Assembly (NCBI GenBank): GCA_024704765.1
Contig: JAKMXF010000111.1
Location: 636,619 to 700,618 of the forward strand
From: Oopsacas minuta
Lineage: Eukaryota; Animalia; Porifera
DNA length: 64,000 bases
Direction: 5' to 3'
Shown here one piece after another: positions 33,523-44,230 of the stretch. Under the pieces are notes generated by a model. That model was not told the DNA's origin and ran no database searches. It saw only the letters and a program-made list of their open reading frames with translations. Each line of letters starts with the position of its first letter. Position 1 is the first letter of the stretch. Made by a program: the position numbers and the translations under genes.

Positions 33523-36482
33523 TTATCGACAAGAACAAGATCTGACTATTACATCTGGAATTTTCGCTGTTACTGGTTCATTTTGAGCATCAAAATAGAC
33601 AACATTAAGTGATCCGTATTCATTGGGGACACAACATGGTCCTATATGTTTGTTATTATTTGTCGCGTATTTGTACAGAATATCGTAGAATAGATTATTT
33701 TCTGTGTGCCAGTTAAGAGGACATGTACCAGCACAGTAGTTTGCATTGAATGAAGTAGGCGTTTGTATGTAATCCCACCCTAGGTCTTCTTTAAAATTTA
33801 TTTCCAATGGTCTGACACAACATTTCTTCTCATTTCTACCTAAACAGTATCGTGAGGAAACAGCTCTCCGAGATCTCCTGGCCTCAGCGTCTCGCTCGTC
33901 ATAAGACTGTATTATAATTCTTGCTTTGCTCTTCCCTTCATCAACAAGCCTAGTTATCTTCTTGCCATTCTTCAATACTGCTATTCTAATATTAAAACTA
34001 AGCGATATATCCCCACTCCTTGATTTCAGCTCCTTCTTGACAAGATTCTGTAGGTATTTGGTAATATCCAGTGTGTATGTATCCGCACGAAATGCTATGG
34101 TCTTCTTAAGAACCAGCATCTCGTTCCCTTCCTGTGAAATGCACAGCACTAGCTTATGAACGTTAGTAGGTAATTCTGGAAACAAACTCAATTCCTTTCC
34201 AAGTCGCAATCTGAGTTTAGATTTGTAAATGTTTTTGTTTTTTGACAGTATTGTGAGATTGAACATAAGATAGCTGTGTGCGTAGATAGCAGATTGTTGT
34301 GAATCCTTCTGAGTTATCCCTAATAATATTAAAACCGATAAAATATCGTAGCATATTCATTACCATAATTTGAGTCTAGGTAGGTCTGTTCACACTTTTT
34401 AGTCCAAATATTAATAAAGATAAGTTGTAAAGGAATCACGGTTATTTCTATTGAGGTCTGTTATATGCTCATTCAAATACTAAAGTGTTCGACTGATGGT
34501 AGGAAATAGGATTGAGTTATTGATTACTGTAATTGGATTTGGATTTGGAAGCCTTTAATTAGTCTAATGTTCAAGGAGATTATTTACTCGAAGTATGCCA
34601 GCTGATTGAGTTTTTGTAAATTCAAAAGGTTATTAACGGAGCCCAGCTGGGATGTCACTACATGCCATATGTCATAGTATGTATCTCCGATTACTCAAAA
34701 TAAACAGAGAATAAGTCTTATTACTAATTCTCTGTTTTAGAGTTTCTCTACCTTAAGAGCCATTGAATGGTTAAACATATTTCTAATCAGTGAGGAAACT
34801 TGTATGGTCTTCAGGCGACAATTTCTATTGCAAATTTATGAGATTTGGTCATAAAAATTCCGCAATTTCAGTCTTGACTTGCACTAAGGGAAGCCCAATG
34901 CATATATTAGGAATGCAGATAACATTCCTTACGTAAACCAGCTTTTGGGTTTCACTGCTATTGATCTATTCAGCCACTTCAATTAGCAAATTAGCCCATC
35001 TTAATATTAGCAGTTATTCTTGGGTATTCCACTTAGAAATTTATCAAAATAATTAGTCATGTCGCGTACGATAGCAAAATATTTTATATTATTAATTGCT
35101 AATTGATATATTTTAATTTTCGTACATAAACAACAAGCACAAATTCTGTTAATTCGCAATTAATATAATTCCAGTTACTTTATTGATATTCTCTATTATT
35201 TAGTTTTCCGAATCAGAGCCACTAATAACAAATCTTATATTTTGTATAATAATGTCTATTAAGCTAATCCGATAGTTTTCATCAACAAGTTTTAAACATG
35301 TATAGTAGTCCTTCCATATGGCTATCAGTAATCCCATATGGTATATTTCATAGCCTATGACCTTCATGTAGACTTATAGCTTAGTTGAAATTTGCTCTTG
35401 GCATCGTTGCTATCTATTTTCTATGGTTGCTCCTTCAAATTGCCAAATTTGAACTTTTTCAACAGTTACAGTCGTTTGCATAGGAACAATTTTTGCTAGT
35501 AATTATTTGTTAGTAATATCATAAATGCTAGTTATTGTACATCTGAATGACTGCGTATGAAGTCTCATACCGTAACTACACATATATACTTCCAGTAATT
35601 TGGTTTTCATGATAATAACTTTGTGGGAGATTCCATTAGATGAGCGTATTGTTTACCCTGTTTACAGGAACTAACAGCACTAGAGAGTAAATATAAATTG
35701 TTTACGTCCCTATTAATCGATTGACAGTCCTTTGTATACTACAAATAGTGTATTCGTCACCTTAAGGTAACTATATTTGCTTTCTAACCTCAATGCTATT
35801 TTGCAGATTTTAGATGTTTCAAAATAGCACAAAATTTAGTTCATACAATAAGTATGCCAAAATTATTGAATGAGTGACATTGACTGTCTCTATTGCATTG
35901 CAATTGAATATATGATCGTTAGTAAATTACCATTTCTTCTAGAGACAACATTCAATTTTGATTTTGTTGTGGATATATCTCTTCCACACACACAGTACCC
36001 GGTTTATTTGTGTAAATATAATTATTGAAGCGATGCATTACTCTCACACTTTCGAACTTATCCTTTTTTGATCAAATTCATTTTTTCCAACAACAAGAAA
36101 TATTACGGAATTGGAACTTACCGAATTTGTGTCTTGTCTGTGTGACAGTATGTGTTGTGATAGGCATGGCATAGTAAGGAGCTGTGTGAGTGGTACTACT
36201 TGCTACTTGCAGAGATGAAAAGTCTTCCAACATGCTCACTGATAACTCTCTTGGAGCTGTGACATTCGGCGCTTCACTTAGATCTAGTTTTGCTAGAATT
36301 TCCTTTTTGAGAGATTCAATTCGACTATACTTTTCTAAAACTTTATTTCTGACACATAAATTATTATCTGACCCGTTGGCAGTGCTGCTGTCATCACAAT
36401 TGACATTCTCTGTCGTCACAATAGCGTATAACACATCATGTAGCAACAGAGAAAATAAAATGGCTTTATATAATAGTTTCAT
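33523..36482 (-). CDS. TGF-beta superfamily ligand (9-Cys, TGF-beta/activin type), exons 36482-36122 and 34319-33523
   Basis: Signal peptide MKLLYKAILFSLLL, prodomain RIESLKKEILAKLDLSEAPN, furin site RRSRR, mature C..CCVRPL.INFKEDLGW..CAGTC..CCVP..SCSCR; phase-1 GT-AG intron 36121-34320 joins the two ORFs. Confidence 0.92.
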
Positions 36483-37479
36483 TTGCTTTACTCTCTTTTG
36501 TTCTTTGCCGCGAATGTTTATATAGTCCACGTGTAGCAGTGTGCTGTATAGAGCCTATAGAGATCAAGCCCACTAAGTCCTTCGTTATCTTTGGTTCGTA
36601 AAATTGTAAGTAGTTAGTCCCAGGAAGAATCTTATTGCATATCTTTGTAGTGCTTAAATAACAGCACAGAACATCTGGGATGGAGAAACCTATGCTAATA
36701 AAAGTTTTCAGATATGATTAAGAATGCCCGGTGTCATTTCTCTTATATTGGTTCTTAGCTGTTTGTTTTTAATGAAATATTTGGTGGTTTCTATAGCAAT
36801 TAATTCTGTATTATTCGCCTACGATAAATAGCTACTGATTGGATACATATATCAATTTTATTGTATAAAGCCAATACATGGTTTTGGTGAAAATTCCATT
36901 ACTATTATTCTACACTTGGAATTCTTAGAGTTGTTTGCGAAATTATTAATCTATCTTCTCCGTGACACAAATACTCCTCTCCGAATTCAAATTATTTTAA
37001 TTAGGTCCCATAGCTATTTGTTGGATTGCTACGTAATCTATTATGTAATCTATCTAATCAACATTCTATAAGAGAAATCTTATTGATTTGTATATCAAAT
37101 AGAATAATTTTCTTATGATTAATCTCAGTAAATATTCTCAATTACATTCTTTCCTAATCCCAAAAATTTTACTTTCAATGACCACATTCTTTTTGAGATT
37201 TTCATTGTCAGGCATTACAGCTAAAGAAGCTCTTTCCTGTTAAGTAGAATTGGAATGTATTTGACTTGACATATTTTGTAACATTCTCTGTAGGTACTTT
37301 AGTGATACGTAACTATGTCTCCTGATTTAATTCATAGTATCAGCTTTGAATTTTGAATTTAATGCACTTTCTTTAACACAAATACCAATATTGGAATTTA
37401 GCCGATTCTGTTCTCATTGGTAGGGCATTGTAGCATGTAGGGGACTGGAAGTGTATGTCTTTAAGAATTAATGCGGGTC

Positions 37480-37668
37480 GGGTTGACTGAATAAGACCGA
37501 ATTTACAGTGTGAAAAATAGATTTTTCTAAGACTGGAATAAGACCGAATGGAATAAGATACGCCTTACAGGAGCAGTAACGCGACCCCCTAAAGGGGGCC
37601 CCGGCGAAACGCTCAATATCATTGATGAAGTAGGTAATGGGGTGGATTCGGTCTTATTCATGTTTCCC
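37480..37668. mobile_element. 189-bp MITE with imperfect TIRs and a 9-bp target-site duplication (Mutator-like by TSD length)
   Basis: Direct repeat atgcgggtc at 37471-37479 and 37669-37677. Ends gggttgactgaataagaccgaat and attcggtcttattcatgtttccc are inverted (GGG plus a 15-bp perfect core). Internal extra copy of the core at 37535-37549. Confidence 0.8.
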
Positions 37669-38594
37669 ATGCGGGTCCATTGAAGTTTGGTATTCGGTCC
37701 TAGATTATTGATGGTATAATTGATCTTTGGCGTTTTCAAAGGCTAATTTCCAATTTGATATAACATGTGGTATGCAATATTTCCGATGGAATTTGATCCT
37801 ATATCGATTTATTGAGGTAAATCCGGGTTAATTGAGACATTAATTTCAAATTAAGTGACTTTGATTGATTAATAAATTATCAGCTTTGCCACTATCAAGA
37901 TTTCTCTATTCGCAGATTCATCAGTCTGACAATTAATTGGCCCAAACTGCTAATTACATTCTAGACTTATTTCGAATTTTATCAGAACCTGCTCGAGCCC
38001 ATATAATCTAGGTTTATCACTACTATTATTCAAAGTTTAATGTCCAATTCTGATTGAGATTTACTTAGTGGCAATTAATATATACAAAATAATAATAATA
38101 ATTGAGCAGATGTGAATTATATTTGAAATAGAGTGATCATTCTAACGGCCTCAGGCCTTGAAAGGAAGGCCTTAACGTGACAATTGAACATAACACTATA
38201 ATCTCGTGTTCCCATTGAAAATTGATGGCAAAGAGTCTGTGTAATGAATAATAGCTAGTAATGGCAATAACTTTCGACTGACATCTTAATTGAAATTTAA
38301 TTACTAACTCTGAGGTAGTGTTAATTAGGTTTCTATCGAAATATATTGTTTTAGGGGAATTTCTTAAACCCTGTTAATGGTTGTATATTATATGAATTAT
38401 TCATGCTTTCTTCCTTTGGGGAGTTAAGTTTGTTTGAGAATTCCTGGAGCACGAATTAATAAGTTTGTTATGGAATATAACTTTTACGTATTCTGTTAAT
38501 ATGTATATTGTCTGCTCTGTAATAAAAGGATCCTTTATTCTATACCCTGAACCAAAATATCAGTCCTGATTAGTTAGCTATATACGCTTCACAG

Positions 38595-40809
38595 ATGGAG
38601 GAGAAGCTGAGAGATACTGTTGAGTCTAAGGTTAACTCATCTACAGGATTGTGTAATGAATGTACACGTTATCAAGCTCCAGGTATGCTATTCATTATAT
38701 TACTCAATATACTGGAAGAACGATCATTATGTAGTAAATATGAGTTGTATGAAAGATTAAAGTTCTTTGAAATATTCAATTTCCCGGAGTAGAGATAATG
38801 TTAATTCTACACTGCATATTCCCCAGCTATTAATCTCTTGGATCTACTTAGTTAATCCTTGATAGAATGTAATATATTGCAATGCAATTTACCTATCAAA
38901 CTATTCCTAGAGAATAATTACACTGAAAAGTTATACAACACAAGGTTCCAAGATGTAGAGAAGATGATTGATACTACCATACAGATATGCCATATGCGAG
39001 GCTCGGTGGAAGCACAGACTGGGAGCATAATTACAGTCTGTGACGAGCTGTTACGGCTGCTAAAAATGACATGTTACGGTGTGTTATTAATTAACAAATA
39101 CACTTTATATTATGTTATATGAACTCGGTTATTATCTGTTGTTTAAGACCGCAGGCTTTGTTCGTAACATAAACTTTGAAATAATTCAATATGCGAGTAC
39201 AGAGTAGGTATTTGAAACTTCCTATGATAATGCAAGATATTCCATCTGATACTTATCATCCAGGCTTGCTAATTTATGTAATTTTTGGTTAATTATACTT
39301 TTGTTTCGCGTTTTTAGAAAACTTTGAGTTAGCTAAGAAAGTTGAACAACTAACTGACGAATCTAATCGCGAAATCCGCAGAGTTGGTAAGTATAATATC
39401 TGAATTGGTTACTCCTTGGATCTTAAAGTTATATGCTATTCAGATGATAAGGTGAAGTATTTGGATTTGGAACAGAAAATTACGAAGAGAAATTTAAAAA
39501 CTGTGAGAAAGAAATCACGAACAAGTAAGCATTTAATAAATAAAATAAAATAAAATGGAGTATTAATGATATCATCTATAGATACCCCTCACCCTTACAA
39601 ACCTCCTGAAGAACCAATAATTAAACATGAGCATAATAGCAACAGAGTTATCACTACTGATTATGACTCACTCAAGTCACTCTGCAGGGTAGATTATATT
39701 TCTCTAAGTAATACTGTACTTTCTATCTTCTCTCATCTAACTGTGAATAGCCTTGTTTCCCCAATATTTATCAGAAATCTGAATTGATTATCAGTCAATT
39801 TTGGTACTCGTCATTGGAAAATTTCCAGTTTGTATTTTTTGAATTCTCATAATAATTGGCCATCAAGTTGCTTCAACTTTTATTAATTAGTTAAAATATA
39901 GAATCTCCGATATTCTGCTAACTATTTTCTTTACAAATAATTTCTTCTTGCTGTTACCAACTCTTAACACTGCTTTTACCTATAATTTGTATCCTTAGAA
40001 AGAAAGAATTCTGAGATTATACAAATATTTCTGATAAACTATCAATTTCTTGCTTTGCGTCATATACACTTAGGTTTCGTTAATAAGATACGAAGGAGAT
40101 AACATTTTTATCTTCATCATACGCTTACTGTCTACCTCATCTCTCCTTTCTTGTATTTCTAGTCATCTGGGAAGTTAGACTTAGAATTTATGCTCCGTAT
40201 GAACCAATTAATGTCTGACTTTGTACAAGACACTCATACTAACGAGTAAGTTATAAATTAGTTAACGTATGTTATATGAAATAGTTCATTTGTTATACCG
40301 TTAGGTTAAATCTACCTCCCATGGGACAGCTAGAGTGTGAAGCGGTAAGTAAAGGGATATCTTTATAATCTCAAATATAGCATGTGTTCTAGGCCAATAT
40401 CAATGTATGAACAGTTCTAATTTCGAAACGAAGTCTTCACAATTCTCTGAGAAAATTTGACGAATATTCTATTCGTATCAGATTTAATGCCTCAATATTT
40501 AGGTGACTAAACTTGCACAAGTTTATAAACTTCGTTATCGGTTTAACAAGACAAGAGCTCAATCATCAACCACCTATCTTATCAAGGCCAGGTATGTTAT
40601 TGTATACATTACTTATTTCTTATTCAGATTAACCCTCTCTTTTCATTGATAGACAAACAACAATGCCAGCCTCAGGAGAAGTAGATCTAATCTTAAACTC
40701 ATTTGCAGACATGAGGTAGTACCCTGTTTATTAGACTCATTCATTTGTTAGATAATTTGATAATTTGTTTTACAGTAATAATTCCATTGACCAGAAGCAA
40801 ATGGACTAG
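38595..40809 (+). CDS. Unannotated ~270-aa multi-exon protein (coiled coil plus divergent R3H-like domain), ~10 exons
   Basis: Consecutive AG/GT-bounded exons with compatible phases: MEEKLRDT.., ENNYTEKLY.., ENFELAKKVEQL.., DDKVKYLDLEQ.., NTPHPYKPP.., SSGKLDLEFM.., LNLPPMGQLECEA, VTKLAQVYKLRY.., RQTTMP.., stop at 40807-40809. Confidence 0.65.
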
Positions 40810-41065
40810 CAATTTGTAGAAAGAATTGAATGCTTATTCTATAGCTGAATAATCACCGTGAATGTTCCTCACATAGAGTGGTGTAGTTTATTGATTATAT
40901 CTTGATGCAGCTCTCCCCATCCTTCAATTGGACATTTCAGGTCTTCTAGAAGTAGTAACTATCCCCAATTTTATGCATTGTAGCATCACACACACACAAT
41001 ACCATAGTCATTTCTATTTTGCTTTATGTAATTATTGAAACAACTCTTTAGAAATTTATTTAATT

Positions 41066-41176
41066 CAGTGCTTGCCGCGGTTATAAGAACACCGGGTATA
41101 AGATAAAAGCATCATCCTCTGAAGATACTTCTCATATTTTCTGTATAGTTTCTGTTCTTAAAACCGGCATCCACTG
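41066..41176. mobile_element. pogo/Tigger-like MITE (CAGTG...CACTG)
   Basis: Left cagtgcttgccgcggttataagaa versus right-end reverse complement cagtggatgccggttttaagaa; TA on the right flank. Confidence 0.6.
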
Positions 41177-41217
41177 TACAAACTTTCTATTTACAGCGAT
41201 TGAATTATTGTTGAAGT

Positions 41218-42456
41218 ATGTCAGGGCCTAAACCTGCAGTAGAACTTAAAGCCTGGCTAGAGGGAGGTAGAGTATTCCTAACTGATCAAGAGCTGCACTG
41301 CTTCATAACATTGACTAACATCAGTGATAATGAGAGGAGGTCAAGTTCAAGCTCTGACACAGAGAGTGAGCATGTCAACCCACGACTAGCTTGGCTAGGA
41401 GCACAGATATATTGTATCTGTGTAATAAACGAATCAAGAGTCCTACCGCCGAAAGTACGAAGACTGACAGACCCTAATACAGCTTCACCAACTACAAGTT
41501 TTGTTCCTACATCTGGTGAGAAGGGATACTGTATACACTCTACTCCTAGCACGATATTGTTATGTGACCTTCCTCTTAATCCCCAGCAGAGTAAGACTGT
41601 TACTTATCACGAGAAGATACCACTAGGTCCCCCTTCATTCTCTGGGGGTATGGTCCGATATGTGTACAAACTTGTAGTAGGAGCTCAGATTGTAGGGAGA
41701 AGTGCTAAGCTGATTAAACTGCCTCTTCAAGTGATTCCTCTCACCAACAAACTGTATATAAGGAGTCCTGCTATCACAGAAGTTCTGCAGACGAACCCTG
41801 ATGGTATCGCTAACCCCTTCATTGTACCTCTGACCAAACAGTCGAAGGAAAAGTCTAACGCTTTTATAGCTAGTGTACAAGAAGCACTATTCGACGAGTC
41901 TTCTAGGAAGAGTACTCGCTCTTATAACCTTAAACAAGGGATAGAGCAGGGAGATATCATATGTACGGTATACATTGTGAAGCCTGTACATGCGTTAGGA
42001 GATGAGATTGTTATCAGTTTGGACTTCAAGCAAGCTACGAAATTACGTTCAGCTAGAGTAATAGTATTTCTAGAAACAGTAGAAGAAGTTAATCAAGATA
42101 ATCGCAGATCTTCTGGTATTAACTCCCCGGAAAAGTTCCATTACGTCACAGAACATGCTATGCACGCTCAGGACACTATGTTCCTTACAGAGACACACCT
42201 CTCTCTACCTATACCACTCCAAGCTACTCCTAGTTTCAAGACGTCACTTGTCACAGTAAAATGGCAGTTAAGATTTATATTTCTGACAACTGGGCTAGAA
42301 ATATTCAAACCTGATACTGATGGATTCCAGCTGATTAACGCCAATCCGAATGAACTTAAATCTGTCATCTGGGAGCTTCCTGTTGTTGTAATACCTAGTT
42401 ACCCTGGTCCCGCCCTCCTAGACAATCCTGCTCCTTGTGAAGTTATCAGGTTATAA
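41218..42456 (+). CDS. RGP1: RAB6A-GEF complex partner Rgp1, intronless
   Basis: RLAWLGAQIYC, GEKGYCIHSTPSTILLCDL, GPPSFSGGMVRYVYKL, TPSFKTSLVTVKWQLRFIF. Confidence 0.92.
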   Translation: MSGPKPAVELKAWLEGGRVFLTDQELHCFITLTNISDNERRSSSSSDTESEHVNPRLAWLGAQIYCICVINESRVLPPKVRRLTDPNTASPTTSFVPTSGEKGYCIHSTPSTILLCDLPLNPQQSKTVTYHEKIPLGPPSFSGGMVRYVYKLVVGAQIVGRSAKLIKLPLQVIPLTNKLYIRSPAITEVLQTNPDGIANPFIVPLTKQSKEKSNAFIASVQEALFDESSRKSTRSYNLKQGIEQGDIICTVYIVKPVHALGDEIVISLDFKQATKLRSARVIVFLETVEEVNQDNRRSSGINSPEKFHYVTEHAMHAQDTMFLTETHLSLPIPLQATPSFKTSLVTVKWQLRFIFLTTGLEIFKPDTDGFQLINANPNELKSVIWELPVVVIPSYPGPALLDNPAPCEVIRL

Positions 42457-42567
42457 GTTGTATTTGCACATATTTTGTTATTAGCAAGGTAAATCGGATA
42501 ATATCTGTAACAATATAGGAATTGTATTTACATTTTATAATAATATACTGTTTGTTGTCATAGCTTA

Positions 42568-43935
42568 ATGAGTGCAGGAGAGCAAGAGAGTTTACAGGTC
42601 CTGGTGAAGAGAGGAGAGGACAGATTGTTAGTTATTCTGGAGAGCATTGAGGAGAACAAGAAAATCTTATCTAGATTTAAAGAAGAGGAATATGAACTCA
42701 AATTAAAAATAGAAAATACCTTTGCTAAAATCCTCAGAACAGTAGAAGCAAGGAAAGAGTTTTGTTTCCATAAAATCGATCTTGTCTATCAACCAACTTT
42801 CAATAGACTTGAAAGCACAATTACATATCTCTCCGACCAGATGATCACTCTAGAGAAGGTCTGTGAAGATGCTAAACAGTCGAGAACTATATCTTACAAC
42901 GTAGAGACGATAGAAACTGAGATACAGAGGATACACAATGAAGTACAACAACGGAGAAAGACATTCAACTCTATTCTATCTGACAACACAGTTCTAGGAT
43001 CTATACAACTACCTACTATTAAATTCTCTATTCACTCACAGGTAGACCATGTGCTACAGCATCTGGGTAGTATTACACAAGAGTTACCTATTGAGCGTAA
43101 GAAGATAGGACAGAAATTGAAGGAGGTTGCTCTTGAGTCTGTCTACTCGATGGATTCACGCACTCTCTCACTCGCTATCTTCAAGCCAGGTAGTATGCAG
43201 ATACGTAAAGGTAAGATATACGTAATAAACGAGTATGATAAGTCAGTGTGTATTATCTCAAATCAAGGCAAATTATTGAGTGCTTTTTCATTCGCTAAAT
43301 ATGTACCAGATGACGACTCACAACAGGACCTCGCGGTTAATGATAACTTCTTATTCATTTCTGTCTGGAAGAAAGATTGCATAATTGCTTTTGGGCATGG
43401 TGGTATGTTCTATAAAGAAGTAATCAAACTCACTCCGGGTATAGAGTTCAAATCTCCTTACAGCATGTGTGTGACATCAGCACAACAGCTGGTGATAGCT
43501 GATAGAAAGAACAAACGTGTATTAGTGTGTCATCCAGATCTTAACGGAGCTCAATGCGTTATTATGAATCCTAATATTAAATTGATTATTCATTTGACAG
43601 TCACGAGGGAGGACAACATTCTTTTAGCTAACGACTGTCGTGAGGGACTGAAGCCTATAGAATTCCAGCTGTACAATCTCACCGGTCAGTTGTTGTGCAT
43701 AATGCAACCTAGTACACAGCATGTTATTCAGGGATTAGCTGTGTCTTTCCTTAAACATATTATTTTGAGTTGTGGCAGTGGTAACTCTATTTTCATCTAC
43801 AACACTACTCAGTCACATGTATTACAAATTCCACTAGCTAAAGCTACGTGTGTACGCTACATGTCTGAGAAATATCTGTTCGTGTCCTGTATCAACAGAA
43901 TATTAGTCTATGACCTAGAGCACTTAATGCAGTGA
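42568..43935 (+). CDS. Coiled-coil plus NHL/beta-propeller protein (TRIM-like)
   Basis: N-terminal BBC-like coiled coil; EFKSPYSMCVTSAQQLVIADRKNKRVLV NHL blade. Confidence 0.75.
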   Translation: MSAGEQESLQVLVKRGEDRLLVILESIEENKKILSRFKEEEYELKLKIENTFAKILRTVEARKEFCFHKIDLVYQPTFNRLESTITYLSDQMITLEKVCEDAKQSRTISYNVETIETEIQRIHNEVQQRRKTFNSILSDNTVLGSIQLPTIKFSIHSQVDHVLQHLGSITQELPIERKKIGQKLKEVALESVYSMDSRTLSLAIFKPGSMQIRKGKIYVINEYDKSVCIISNQGKLLSAFSFAKYVPDDDSQQDLAVNDNFLFISVWKKDCIIAFGHGGMFYKEVIKLTPGIEFKSPYSMCVTSAQQLVIADRKNKRVLVCHPDLNGAQCVIMNPNIKLIIHLTVTREDNILLANDCREGLKPIEFQLYNLTGQLLCIMQPSTQHVIQGLAVSFLKHIILSCGSGNSIFIYNTTQSHVLQIPLAKATCVRYMSEKYLFVSCINRILVYDLEHLMQ

Positions 43936-44230
43936 TCACACTGTTTCACTTATATCTCAGTTATCCACAATACATTTGAATATTTCCCTCGGCTATATTA
44001 CCCTCAGTTTTCAGTATTTTGTAATAATTGCAATAAGATTGGTTTTAATGATATAATAATATTTATTCGGGTTAGCATATGCATATTATAATTACACAAT
44101 ATCACAAAAGTATCTAATTCCCCCAAATACTTCACTTGAGTATTACTAATCAATACATGATAAATCTGAGGTAGTAGATCTACAGTTTTAGCAATAAAGT
44201 TGGTTAGATTGATGCTACAATACTATCTTT

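Noticed and set aside
34320-36121. A nested gene in the TGF-beta intron
   Set aside because: No ORF of 60 aa or more in the track within the intron and no recognisable motif on either strand.
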